Translations under genes and position numbers: made by a program
NCBI GenBank assembly: GCA_038496445.1
Contig: JALMLS010000268.1
Span: 1 to 64,000 of the forward strand
Direction of reading: 5' to 3'
DNA: 64,000 nt
From: Trichosphaerium sp. ATCC 40318
Lineage: Eukaryota > Protista > Tubulinea
Shown here: one piece after another, positions 49,480 to 64,000 of the stretch
How positions within the stretch are numbered: position 1 is the first letter of the stretch
Layout: each line of letters begins with the position of its first letter
The notes under the pieces: model-generated
What the model saw: only the letters and a program-made list of their open reading frames with translations
The model's database searches: none
Told to the model about the DNA's origin: nothing

Positions 49480-52031
49480 ATGATACTTAGGGGTACTACA
49501 TGGTTAGTACTTTTTGCTCTCGTCGCTGTTTGTAATGCTGCTGTTGTAAAATACAATTTTCTAGTGAAATGGCAACCGTATAACCCAGGCACGTGATATT
49601 TTTGACATCATTCTACTGTTTGGAAACATCTTTTACATTTTCAATCGTTCTTACTACTCTTACGCATGAAAACGTTTACATAACGCGCAGTAAGTCAACA
49701 CAAAACCACTTTCTTGCAGTTCCTTTTTTTTTTGGTTTCGTAAAGTTCACCTACTTGTTAGCTAACATTAGTTTTTGCTTAAAGATGGCTTCCCACGCCC
49801 TGTAATTGCTGTTTTTGACAAAGATTTGTATGACAACGCTGTCGGACCGTATTACGCACAACCTTTTCCTGGACCTACCATTCGCGCTACAATAGGAGAT
49901 CAAGTCGAAGTAACAGTACATAATCAATTGGACGAAGCAGAAGTCAGTATTCATTTCCACGGATTGCACATGGTAAACAATCCGTGGATGGACGGTGTGG
50001 ACGGTATAACAGAGTGTGGAGTACAGCCTCGTCTCTCGTTTACTTATCGCTTTAATACCACCCAAACTGGTACTTATTGGTACCACTCTCATTCTGGTGC
50101 ACAGTACGCTGATGGTATGCTTGGACCTATCGTAATAGAACCTAAAGGTACGTATAAACCGCACGTGGGAGCATTTTCGAACCTTCCAAAACAAAAAAAG
50201 ATAGGTCAACTTTTATTAAAACTTTTCCTTCAAGGTAAGGATCCTCTTCAACAACATTACGAGTACCAAGATGACTATACTGTGATGCTTCAAGACTGGC
50301 TTCATGAAACGCACACTATAATTTCGTTACATTACAAGGGACCTTACGGAGCATACCCAGGTAAAACAGCTAAACGATCCAAAACACCTCATTGTTTACA
50401 CTTTTTTTTTAAATTCGGTGTCACATCACGTGCGTTTTCTAAAATTTATTTCAGGATACGGACCTAAATATCCTTGGCCTCAAACACAGCTTCTTATAAA
50501 TGGTGTTGGAAGATACGACTGCAACAAGACTGTTACGGAAGAAGACTGTATTAAACTAAGATCAGAAAGCGACGGATACATTCAATGTATACCATTCAGA
50601 AGACCTTATTTGGGTGTTTGTAATGTTACAGCTGCGCCAAAGATACCAAACTTTGTTTGTAGAGGACCAACTATGAGACTAAGAATCATAAACGCAGCTA
50701 ACAATATGGTGATGAGATTTTGGATCGATCATCATAATTTCAGTATCGTTGAACGCGATGGTGTTCGTACAAAACCTTTCAATAGATCGGTTATTTCAAT
50801 ACCAGTAGCTTCTCGTTATGATATTATAGTACCTTGTAATCAAGATCCAACACAAAGATACAGATTATGGCAAACAATAGCTCCTGAATACAATCCACTA
50901 TTCTGGCCTCAAATGTCGAACTATGCTTATATTTCATACGAAGATGACAGTGAGAAACCAGTAGCACCAATGCAACGTAATGTATCGGATTTGGAAGGAC
51001 CTGATTTCGACGAAGATAAAGATATTATGCAAGAGTTTGATATACGTCCCTATGAAGATAAAATAGCTCCACGTGCAGAAAGAATGCTTGTTGTTGAATA
51101 CGGAGAGTATTACGATGAAGACTTTGGTAGTCCTTTAGGCACGTGACCAACAAAAAAGAAAGTTTCAAAAAAAACCCAAATCGCACGTGACTTTTTTGTT
51201 TTAATTCGGTTTTGTTAGAGTACTGGACTATTGGACCAGATGAAAAGTCTTGGAGGTATCCTTTAAATCCTGCTCTTCAAAGCAGGTATAGAGGAGAACC
51301 TATTATTGATAGAAATCATTTTGCAGAAAACGAAACATTTCAGCCTATTGTGGAGACTCTAGAGTATGATAAGATGTATCAAATAGTAATACTTGCGAAT
51401 TCATGGCAGCCACATCCATGGCACTTACATGGATATTGGTTAGAGTTCATAGGTACGCCAAACGCACCAGAAACAGTTGAACCTTTGATTTTTTTTTACG
51501 AAATAATCTTTTTTTTGGTCTGACGACTTTGTTGCAGAATTTGGTTACTACAATAAAACTAATCCTGGATGCCCTATTGGTAAAATCAACGTAACAGAGC
51601 TTATAAAGTACCAACCACATGAAGAGGCGCCTGTTATTATGATAGCTGATTCTTTCACCTTGCCAGAATGGGGTTACGCTGTTGCTCGTTTTAGAACAAG
51701 TAACCAAGGACCATGGTTTTTCCATTGTCACGTTGAGTGGCACATGATCTTAGGTATGGCTTTCCTTCTATCAGTAGAAAGAGATGGATCCTACCCAGAT
51801 ATTGAACCACCACCGTCAGATTTTATTACTTGTGGTACTCTAGCTGAGTATCATAATCTTGAAGCACCAAAGAAAGAGTACGAAATTTGGGAGATTGCTG
51901 TTGCTTCAGGTGCTGGTTTTGTAATTATTGTATTGATCATATGCGTCATTGTATTAGCAATTTTCATGAGAAGGTATAAGAGACGTGCTATGTATGAAGA
52001 AATACATGAAGAGACCACTCTAAATCAATAA
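49480..52031 (+). CDS. Membrane-anchored multicopper oxidase (laccase/Fet3-like)
   Basis: Copper motifs HFHG, YWYHSH, HPWHLHG, WFFHCHVEWHMILGM; signal peptide; C-terminal TM. Confidence 0.95.
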
Positions 52032-52318
52032 AAAATAGATATCAATTCAAAATGAAAACACAAATTATACACAAACAGTACATCTCAAGTTGGCCGTTGA
52101 CTTTTGGCTCAGAAAAAGCATTTTTTGGGTGCTGTTTTGACCAACAAAATTTGTTTCAGTGGCGTAATTTGAGTGAAACGCACAACAGCAGTAAAAAATT
52201 AACTTTTACATAAACTTTTACTTTTGTACATGGTTTTTTGTACAAATGACATTCATCACAGCGTATCACTAGAATTCATCGTCACTGTCGATCATCTTTA
52301 GATAAGTTGTGGTAGACT

Positions 52319-53867
52319 TTATTTTGTACAAGGTTTTTTTAAAATGAATATCTCAGCATCACTAGAATCATCGTCACTGTCGATATCTTTAGATTCTTTA
52401 TTTTCAATGGAATCATCACTGGAATCATCATCACTGGAATCATCATTATCACTATCTTCAGAATCTTTATCTTCATTAGACTCATCGTCTCCTTCTTCTT
52501 CATCATCAAACCGTGAATCAAATTCATCTGTAAATATGCCAGCAGTCTTGTTGGAAAAAGAGTTAGCTCATGGCGTGTAAGAATACAAAACTCAGGAGCC
52601 TTGTTGTCGATTATTAAGACGTACCAGAGAATCAAAATTTGTGTATCGTATAACATTGAGTTGATCATGTTTACATGATTGATCAAAGTGTATTGCAGCA
52701 TCAAACATAATCCTTGCACAACGTGGTTTTGGAAAACCAAAAATACCACTTGAAATAGCTGGTATAGATAATGAAGGTAAATTCATCCTTTCAGCCTGCT
52801 TACAAGACTCCAATGTACATGATCTACAAATAGTTAAAAAGTCACATGAAAGCTCAAGAGAAGTGAGAAGTCAGTGCTACAAACTCTGATCTGAGATGTG
52901 ATGTTGTTTGTACTAACCTCAGCTCTGCGTCACATTTTGCTTCTTTCCCTCTTCGCCAAATAGGACCCACAGCATGTATAACCCATGATGTATATGGTAT
53001 ATCATACGCAGCTGTGTAAGCACATGATCCTGTCTCTACTGGTCCATGCTCTCTAACCCATCTATCACTTGCTACTTGTATGCGACTACCTGCTGCGCGT
53101 CTTATAGCGCCTGCAACTCTATAAAAGAAGTTAAGAAACCTCACAAAAGTAGTCACGAAAAAGATGAAAAAAGAAAGAAAAAAAGAAGAACAAAGAAAGT
53201 TTTACCCTCCACCATGAGCTAAGTGAGAATTAGCTGCATTTACTACAGCACCAACATCTTCATAGCAAATATCCCCCATACGTACTATAGTAATCGATAA
53301 GAAAACGCATATAATGTCGCAACACTACCTTCAAGTACTGTCCCATTAGGCAATCTCACTGATCGCAAGAGTCTAGAGCGTGATCTATCTGGATTACGTT
53401 GACGAGGACGCGGTCGGAGTCGTGGATCCTCTGTTGTTGTGTTTGCTTGCTCTGGCTCGACTGTGGAAGGGTTAGGGGCGCTCAACTGAAATGTTTTGTC
53501 ATACGTGAAGTTTTGCTTCTTTGAAGTGCTGGTTTACGCTTTTTTTTACGTTGAGAAGTAGTTGGAGGTGAACGCGGTTTCTTTTCTTCTTTTTGTTCAG
53601 ATTTTACTTCATTTTGCTCGTCTTCGTCTAGTTGTGATATACGTGAGCGTTTGATAGGTTTTTTGATCGGTTCGTCGTCTTCTTCATCTTTTGTAACCGA
53701 AACTTCTGCTCTCTTTCTTTTTTGGCGCCTTTGGCGCTGGGGGGCGTTGATTGGGGTCGTAAGAGCTCTTTACAAATTAAATAATTGTAGAATACAATTA
53801 AAACGCACCTAGCCAACTGTGGCTTCTTTTTCTTAAAGAAACTAGTAATTTGCGCCTGCTCTGACAT
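52319..53867 (-). CDS. MacroD-type macrodomain protein with N-terminal PIP-box and acidic tail
   Basis: GDI, VVNAANSHLAHGG|GVAGAI, VIHAVGP, IPAISSGIFGFP; begins MSEQAQITSFFKKK; D/E/S-rich C-terminus; one apparent frame break near 53500-53550. Confidence 0.8.
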
Positions 53868-54614
53868 TTTTGTAAAGTTTTGTGTAATTACAAACAACCA
53901 AATTATGCAAAGAGATTACGGAGCAGTGGTTTAAAACACCGTTGCAGCAACTATTATTTGACACTCAGTCAATACATTTCTTAAAAGCCTTTTGAAGAAC
54001 ACGTTCTCTGGGCTGGTGCTTGTTAACCCAGAGAACGATTAATACTTTAGGAGGTTTCAATTCATCAGGATGCATGTTGTTACTGATGATACAAGTGATA
54101 CTCGGATGAATGCAAGAAAGCGGAGTTTGAAGAACAATGTAAACAATTTCATTCCTAAATGTCGCAAGTGGTCTTATCTTCTCATTACTGTGTCATTGTT
54201 GTCGCTGTTGCTGCTATTGCAAACTTACACATTATGCCCAGCACACTCGTATCAATTTGTTGGACATCTTGTATTCAGTTCATCACGTGATTTTTGATTG
54301 CAAAGGTTGTTTGAGCTGAACGGAGTGTGCATGTCTCTTGCTTCAAAATTTCTGAAGCTGGCAGGCTCAAACTTGCCCTTTCATTCTAGATATAGTCCAC
54401 AACCACATGGATACAGCTGAATGCAAGTTTTCAGCCCTAAACAAAAGCTTCTTATTGTACATTGTTGGGTAAATTGTCAAAGACTCGTCTTCACCTAGAG
54501 ACTATTGGAGAGATAGGAAACCTTATGTAATAATGTAATAGAACTTAGTTAATGTCCATGTGACTTATTAAAAAATACCGCGTTTGACTTATTGGTACTA
54601 CTAAATCTACCACA

Positions 54615-55541
54615 ATGGAGGGGACTGCCATAAAACAATCGAAAAAACATCAATTATCAATAATAGAACTAGCAACACTTCAGTGGCTACCATCAGAGAC
54701 ATTGACACATATTTTAAAGTATTTAACAAAACACCATCGTATTAGAGCGTCTATGGTATCACACCTATTTAATAACATAATTCGTAACAATATTGGACTT
54801 GAGCGTCTCCGTTTACAAAGCTCATTAGATTGTTTGGCTCTTAAAGGCAGTCCCTTGCTTAAGAACACAGAGATTTGTTGTACGTACTTTGATCTATCCC
54901 CAAAAGATATATCGTACCTTGTTGGTGTGCATACTATAAATCTTCATGGTGCTTTTGGTATTAATGAAAGAAGTATAAAATATCTTGCTGGTGCTCACAC
55001 AATAAACCTGGCATTCACAGGTGTGAATGACAAATGTATTCTATCATATGTGAGTGCTGTGCGAGAGGCAAATGAGCGATTTGTTCATGATATAGACTTG
55101 GGATATTCACCAATAACAGATGTTTCTTTGGAAGCACTTAAAAGTGTAAATACAATGAGACTTCGTGGTGTACAAGGTATAACTATTGAAGGTATTAAAT
55201 TATTGAAAGATGTGACACATATTGCTTTGCATAAACCAAAAGACTCTTGGCTTGAACACCTTTCAAATGTTTCAACAGTTCATATTCGTGGAAATACAAT
55301 AACTGATAAAGGTATACAGTCTTTGTTAAGTGTAAAGAGACTAAGACTTATTGGTAGTACACAAATAACAGATCAAAGTATTAAACATTTGGTACATTTA
55401 GAACATATTGATGTTTCTTATTGTGATAAGATTACAACAGCTGCTTTGAAGAAAATTCAACATCTTAAAAGTATTAAAGTGAACGGCTTTGGTTTACGTA
55501 CTGTTGCAAACCTGCGTTGTCGTTTAACTCGTCCTGTGTAG
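54615..55541 (+). CDS. F-box + leucine-rich repeat protein, intronless
   Basis: WLPSETLTHILKYL...ASMVSHLFN; repeats such as L.GVHTINL.G, ITD..I..L and IDVSYCDKIT. Confidence 0.85.
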   Translation: MEGTAIKQSKKHQLSIIELATLQWLPSETLTHILKYLTKHHRIRASMVSHLFNNIIRNNIGLERLRLQSSLDCLALKGSPLLKNTEICCTYFDLSPKDISYLVGVHTINLHGAFGINERSIKYLAGAHTINLAFTGVNDKCILSYVSAVREANERFVHDIDLGYSPITDVSLEALKSVNTMRLRGVQGITIEGIKLLKDVTHIALHKPKDSWLEHLSNVSTVHIRGNTITDKGIQSLLSVKRLRLIGSTQITDQSIKHLVHLEHIDVSYCDKITTAALKKIQHLKSIKVNGFGLRTVANLRCRLTRPV

Positions 55542-56016
55542 AAAAAACAAAATAAAAACATGAGGATCTTAGTACACAGCCCCTAGTCCATGTTGTGAAA
55601 CACAGCGCACTTTCAGTGGAAATATAATATTTTTTTTAGTATTTATTGCAATAAATACTTCAACTTACACGTGGCCATGTAGTTTGCCTTTAAAAAAACC
55701 AAATATTCCTACAAACATCCCGCATCAGATGGTAGCTACTTTAACCTAAACTTCAGATTGGGACTGTCAAGATTCGTGGATTTACTGGGCACCAGATTGC
55801 AAGAAATTCTTTACTAGCGCCGATTGTTCTTGGAATACAGTGTAATGTGTTTCTAAAAAAAGAATACAGGGTTTATTTCAAAACAAACACATCTCCTGTT
55901 TATGTACACTTGAAAGGCAACCTTTTGGTGAGGTTTTAAGCTGAATTTTTTGTTGTTCAATGAAGTAAGAACTCTATGTTTACCAAAGCAAAATTACACT
56001 TCAACAACTGCTCTCC

Positions 56017-57628
56017 TTACTTGCAACACGTTGTTGAACCGTCTGGTTTTCCAGTAGGTTGCCTAGGTTGCAAATTCACATGATCACCAGATTCGCTAGG
56101 AGGTCTACATAACAACAAAGTAAGTCATGTTGGTTCAAATCAAATAGAAGAAAAAAATAGGTAAAAACAACTTACGACATTGGCGCAAGTCCTGAAGGAA
56201 GTTGAACGCCTGATTTTCTTGCGTCTATTAATTGCTTTGCAATATCCAAAAATACGTCATCGATACCTTAGAATCATTCAGTACTAATAAGCACCTATTT
56301 AAAGCTTACCATAGTTAGTCTTGGCTGATACTTCATAAAACTTTGCTGATACTGATTTTGCATAGTTTTCACCAGTTTCATACTCGATTTCTCTATTTAT
56401 CGATCACGTGAGTACCCATAGGTGTTTTGAAAAGAAGAAAATAAAATTCCACGCGACAACTGTTTTTTTCTACCAACGTGTACTGCTCGCATAGTTTCAC
56501 CCAAAATGTTGGTACAAAAAAAACTCACCTCATAGATTGATCTGCTTTATCCAATTTATTACCAACAACAACCAGAACTAAAAAAGAAATAAATATAGAG
56601 CTTATAAAATGCATACAAGATAAACGTTCTAATCTTGACGTTCCGTTATAAACATGCGATGAATCCAAAAAAAAAAGCACGTGAAAATACCAAAAAAAGA
56701 ATAAAAAGTCAGTTATTGTTGAGGCACGACATGACAACACTGTAAATTCTTGACTTCTCTTTAATCACGTGAATATTGAAGTGATTATAATAATCGGATG
56801 GATATCGTGGATACAAGCATCCACAAAATCAAAAACGAAAAAAAATAAAAAAAAACGTTTATGGGAAAAATGAAAATAATTACGTACTTATTTCTTCTGG
56901 TACATTAGTTTGAAGCTCTAAAATAAACCTTAGAATTCGAACAAAAAATTCGAACCCGAATTATTTGAAAAAAAATCAAAAAAAAGACGCAATAAGCCCA
57001 AAATAATAGGAATGAAGTTTTGGGCTATTGAGCTGTCTGTTCGTACCTCTTACCCAATCCTGCATCTTTGAAAAGGATATTTTGCTACATAGGTCGTATA
57101 CAAGTATAGCAGATACTGCTCCGCGGTAGTACATTGGCGCTAGAGATCTGAAGCGTTCTTGGCCTTTAAAAATATTAATACGTTAATGTACGCGTATGAT
57201 AACATGCCAGCAGTATCCCTATAACGTGTATAAGCATAAAAAAAGAATTACAGCTAGAAAAATTTTGCAGGCGTTTTGCAACGCGTTTGCGTACCATATT
57301 TGGAGCTTTATACGATAGTCGTCCATTACCCTGTACAATTAGATGTAAGAAAAGTACGTAGAAAGTGAAATAGGCAAAAAGAGCTCTAGAACATCTGATA
57401 ATACGTACAAATTCTTAACAAGGAACGAGGCACCAATAGTTGGGTGGGAACGTCCTGTAAATGTTCCTTTTGCGAATCGCAAGGCAATACCTGAAATACA
57501 TTAAAAACGGCGTAACTAGGCGTAACTTTTGGTTAGTACGTACTTGTTTTACCAACCGAACTGTCACCAAGCAGTACAATCTTGGCGTCAAAAAACTTGT
57601 TGTTGACAGGGTTATCTAGATCTCCCAT
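56017..57628 (-). CDS. Rab GTPase, Rab5/Rab22 group
   Basis: [45 protein letters not shown], C-terminal CCK. Confidence 0.93.
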
Positions 57629-57782
57629 TACTGCTCTTTGTTATGTGTTTTTTTGAAAATCAGAATAAGAAAATCACTGACTGGCGGTTGTATTATCTCT
57701 CGTTAATGCACTACGCGTCGCTTGTACGTCAGTAATAGTTAGAGACAAAAGGTTCAGTATTTTATTTTATTGACGCTGATTT

Positions 57783-58355
57783 ATGGCCGATCTTACATTA
57801 CCAAAGAGCACGGTTAAACGCTTTTTGGTATATTCTAATACGCTACAGGCAAAATTAAGGCAATAGCGAAGGGTGCTCTGCCAAAAGACTTGTTACTTGC
57901 TGGTGACACGCAAAATGTATTGGTAGCATCATGTAGTGGTATGCAAGCGTAGTCACAAATTATTTAATTCATTTTGTTTTTGGTCTGTTGTTTAAGTTGT
58001 TGTACACGTTTGTGGCTCATTGCTTTGTAGAATTCATCCAAATGTTGACAGCAGAGGCTAACGAGCTGGCTGACAAGCAAAAAAAAAATACAATCTCTTC
58101 ACAACACATTTACAAAGCATTAGAGGTAGTCCCTTTTCCAGACTGGACCATATTAACTATCCATAGACTTTAGGATATGGCAATTTTGCGGAGGATCTCA
58201 AAGCTAGCTTATCCGAGTACAAAGCAACAGTGGCATCAAAGCCAAAGATGAAAAAGAAGCCTTTAGACCAGAGTGATGCAGATGAACAACAAGCATTATT
58301 CGCTGCTGCTCGCGCAAGGATGCAGGCTAAATTACAAGCTTCGCAAGGACAGTAG
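57783..58355 (+). CDS. DR1: Negative cofactor 2 beta (Dr1)
   Basis: DLTLPKSTV, EFIQMLTAEANE...KKNTIS.QHIYKALE.LG, EQQALFAAAR. Confidence 0.9.
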
Positions 58356-58527
58356 ACCAGCAAAGGCAAGCCATCAAGACAGTGCCTCTCGGTTTGTACA
58401 TATTATGGCAACAACGTGTAAAGTACATGCAACTAGGCCGTTGAAAGGTTGCCAAAAAATCTCTGGCACGACCTTAATAAAATTGCTTGTATTACTTAGC
58501 AAGTGTCACAATTTATTGTAAATCACC

Positions 58528-60151
<1,624 letters not shown>

Positions 60152-60340
60152 TGTTTTACGGGAGACAGACCCAATTTTACGGTTGTAATTCCATTTACGG
60201 TTTAGTTTTGAGAAGAAACAAGAACTAGCAAATGTACCGCACTTAAGAATAAAAAAGTTTAAGTAATGCACTTTGACTTTTACTTGACTTACTGACGTGT
60301 CAGCCATATTGCCCAATCTGCTACTAAACTAACACCTACT

Positions 60341-60688
60341 ATGCCAGTACGTCCTTTAACCACCCGAAGGAACCTGTTATTCCATACACTTTTCCGTTCC
60401 CTCCTACTGTTTTTGTAACCTCTATGTTAGTCTGGAGGAAACGTACGCCGCGCTAGACAAAGAAGTGACCAATTCAGCAAGAAAACAGGCACCAGTGTCG
60501 CAAAGGTACCTAAATCAGCACGTCTCGCATCTCCTCATAGTCGCAAATAGAAAAAGAGCGATTTCCAAGTCGGACCTGTTGTCATTGGCTTTTTCTTGTT
60601 CGTTGTGGTTGGTTCTGGTACGTTAAAATTGCATTATAATTGTACTTACACATCTGTAGCACTCTTGCAAATCATTCGAGGCTATTAG
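60341..60688 (+). CDS. SERP1: RAMP4/SERP1 ER stress-associated protein
   Basis: Four exons give MPSGGNVRRARQRSDQFSKK...FQVGPVVIGFFLFVVVGSALLQIIRGY*. Confidence 0.9.
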
Positions 60689-61082
60689 AAACCGAATATA
60701 CGCGAGTTATACCAAAATTTTTAATTTACCACCCATTAATGTACCAATATCAAAGATAATCCTCTTATCTACTGGCTGTCTTATTTTATCTCTATCCTTT
60801 CGAAATATCTTAGTACACTATTCCATTTACAAGTAATTGCTTCATACGCGTCTACGCGAACTGAATCAAAACCTCACAGCAATTATGACGCTTTCTGATA
60901 GCAAATTACAAAAAAAAAAAGTAAATGAGCCACACAGTCGATTTCCAATTAAAAAAATTCAATTCTACTATGCGGGAGACTACGAGATAATTTTTCTCAA
61001 GCTGAAAAGCTTTCTGACTATAATTGACTGCCTCTTTGCTTACCTTTTGATTGGCGTGTCATTTTAAATTAAAAAAACCGTT

Positions 61083-62114
61083 ATGGAGGTGGCATGTACT
61101 GTCAAACCATCATCATTAATATTCGAAGAGGTAAACAAACTGTTCAGAAAACTATTTTTGAGTTCCTTTCATCTTCGCGTCTACCACACGTTTTGGGGCA
61201 CGTTGAGGTGATTTTGAGTAAAAAGCCATAAAGTAGTCTGAATTCCAGCAATGTGCTTTTAACGCCATCAATAGGACAACAAAGAACAGGAAATTAACCT
61301 CTATAACCCGAATGACTTTCGTGTGGCGTACACAATCCAAACAACCTCCAAAGAACTATATAAGTTCCCTGACGGCTACAAGGTACATTACCATAACTAT
61401 TACGCGTTTTAAAGCCGGTTTACTTAACTATTCCTACTAACGCGTTATCAGGGCTTTCTGAGCTCCAAAAAGCAACTTACCGTGTTCGTTTTTCTCCAAC
61501 TTATTGACATTAAACCAATTATTGTCAAACGCGTTTATTAACTCTCGCCAACAGGAAAGTCGTTCTTAAACAAGATAAAATCCAAGACGTGAAGACAGAC
61601 AAATTGAGAGTAAAATTCACCCATCACGAAAGTAAAATAAGCGGAGAAGCGAATAAAATCATAAAGGTTAGCTTGAGCGTTCATTTTTTTTAATATAACG
61701 TACCTGTAGATGGAATTAAAACCACCTGCTATCGCTGGGACCTCTTTATTGCAAGTACGTTATACTACAGATCAAGATATTTTAAAATGTTTGAAAGCAG
61801 TATTTTTATGTCCGTTCAAATAACGTGTCAACCTTTCTCTTCATTTTTCTCATCTACTGAGACATGTGTCAAAGTGAAAGACTTATTGTTATTATCATAG
61901 TTATTACCATTCTTGGTTGGTATTGTATTTGTTTCTGCATTGATAAATATACCACCATCATCGTCCTTTGCAGTTTTGTCAAATGCTTGGTTGTTTTATA
62001 TCATAGGTTCGTATTTTGTTGTTCCTTTTTGTTTGAAGTCAGTTGATTTAATTCGCTTTGTTTTAAGGAGTGCTATCCACATTTATGTGTTTCAAAAGTC
62101 ATTGGTTGTACTGA
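61083..62114 (+). CDS. Motile sperm domain protein (MOSPD1/3-like)
   Basis: VKPSSLIF, QEINLYNPNDFRVAYTIQTT, DKLRVKF, C-terminal TM segments ending FYII|GVLSTF. Confidence 0.7.
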
Positions 62115-62363
62115 CGTTATATTAACGTCACAAGGAAGTGTTAAAAGTTGTAAATAAAAAGTACTAAATGAGATGTACTCAGTCGAACTTGGTCGCCACT
62201 TGACTAGGTTATCACTAAATTCGACACATGCAAATCACAGGTTGCACCAAGTATCTAATGCGTAGTAATCCCTTACGTGATTAAATGAACGTAACAGTGG
62301 AGTTGTGGTGCACTAAACAGTTAAGTGAGTGTCAAAGCTTGTGTACTAAGCCAAGTATTCGAA

Positions 62364-64000
62364 ATGCCGCCAAAGAGAGTATCAAAGCGTAAAAAGAAAG
62401 CTAGTAAATCTAAAAGCAAACCTGACCCTGCCAACAACTCGCCAGATGAGATAGTGCTTCATATACAAAGTTACGTGCCTTTTAAAACTCGTAGTAATTG
62501 CGCTATCGTAAACGTACGTAAAACTTTGTTAAATCGCTTAAAAATAAACTACTTCATTATTCCTGGAACTCCTTTTGTGTTTTTCGCCCAACAAACGTTT
62601 TTAATTTTATCGAAATTTCAAAAAAAATCACGCTTGACTAACGTGACTTTCAGAAACAATGGCATCGCGTGTCACGTACGAAAAGCTTGGGATGGGTTAA
62701 TATATTATCTATTGGCAAGTTTGGAAAAGCAAGGGCGCCTTTTAAGCCTCCAGACAAGGTGCGTGAACGACTTCGACAAATGAGTGTTTTCGCCATATTT
62801 TTTTTCTTTCACGTATGTTCTTTGCATATTGATGATCTTGTTGTACGTAGGATTCTTCTGAAGAACGTAAAGACGGGCTGTTGTATAAAAAGAAATATGA
62901 ACCGCCAAAGAAATTGAAAATGTATCGATCTAAAAAAGCAGCTTATTTTGGCTTTGTGGAACCTTCTTATCTTCAGGTACAATTTATTTTTAAATTCTAG
63001 TTTAATATGTTTTCTAAAACGAAATTGTGGTACTCTTTATTGAAATACCAATAAACTCTGAAGCACTAAACTTCCAAAAACAATCAAAAGTGCAAAATTC
63101 TTTTCTCCATTTTTTTTTGTTGTAGCTGTCATCGTTCTGAAGTGTAATATTTTTACCTTACTTATTGTACACTTGTAAGATTGATTTACATACGTGACTA
63201 TAATAGTGTAACAGATCAACAACGTTAGTTTATGAACGTAGAACAGCTACACATTCAGAATTTTTTTTTTTTTCACATGTTTTTTTTTTGATAGATTACT
63301 AACAGTTTACCACAAGTTCTATGATGAAAATGATCTTCCACTTCGTTGTTTTAATCTTCAATGGGATAACATCCAATTATTTAAATCAAATGATTGGAAG
63401 AGTCTTCGTGAACATGTTGGCCTGTGGCGTTTTAAAATCGGAACTGGACATAAAATAGATATGTACATAAACTGGACATGGTACGATGTACTCTTTGCTT
63501 CAAGTTACATTCCCCTTTATCACAGATTAGACACAAGAAAATTATGAGAATGGCTTTATTGTTTGCTAAGTTTTTTCTAGTCTTGAAGATTTGGTTTCTG
63601 CTGGGCAACCCATACCTGGTATAAAAGGGATGATGACAATACTCCGAAACGAGATTGCAAAAAAGAAGAAAAATATATACATGCAGTTCGCTGTAGTAAG
63701 TAGTTGACAAAACACCCTTCTTTGAGTTTCTCAAATTCTGACCAACTTTTTTTTGTTGTAGGGACAATATATCACTTGGAAAAAACCAACACTTTGCTTT
63801 GATATTGCTTCAAACGTAATAATAACAGCAGAAATGGTATGAGGTTATTAAATAATAATTTTAAGGGATGTATTAGGCGTCACTTATTGGGCATGGTAAA
63901 ACATCGCAGTATTGTTGTGGTGGAAAACTAGCAGGAATCAAACCTGTTACTATATTTTATGAGGATGTAGAAGGAAACAGTTCATTCTTTACTCTACCTG
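62364..64000 (+). CDS. F-box protein with basic N-terminus, 3'-truncated by the window
   Basis: MPPKRVSKRKKK...SPDEIVLHIQSYVPFKTRSNCAIVN|KQWHR; spliced exons continue to the window end. Confidence 0.6.

Noticed and set aside
52339-52749. Ser-rich ORF 52344-52580 (+) and Met/Ile-rich ORF 52339-52749 (-)
   Set aside because: Antisense and off-frame readings of the D/E/S-rich macrodomain tail.

Overview
AT-rich, gene-dense nuclear DNA of a protist with many short spliceosomal introns. The gene content looks amoebozoan-like (TIG-domain TKL receptor kinase, YP..W..F repeat family), but the species cannot be determined here. About 30 spliced genes were rebuilt by eye, several absent or fragmentary in the ORF track. 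They include NXT1, LYS9, AlkB, an arylsulfatase, NRK, kexin, TMEM163, MFSD1, a multicopper oxidase, a macrodomain protein, Rab22-like, NC2beta, PRMT, SERP1 and MOSPD-like. Standout observations: (1) a 189-aa spliced gene (9111-9896) made of two tandem, degenerate SRF/Mcm1-type MADS domains; (2) a T4 Rnl1-type RNA ligase spliced in frame to a C-terminal F-box (30613-32543); (3) a ~1-kb tRNA-Gly(GCC)-centred unit with an extra anticodon-arm copy, present twice in inverted orientation around six genes (3245-14148); (4) a second ~1-kb inverted pair formed by giant-virus-like F-box/MORN genes, inside an F-box-rich region; (5) EF-hand-like repeats fused to a carnitine/ornithine-clade mitochondrial carrier; (6) a PIP-box macrodomain protein and recurrent GC-AG introns. 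All homology calls come from motif recognition without searches. Exon boundaries are manual predictions, and the assembly appears to contain some indels.
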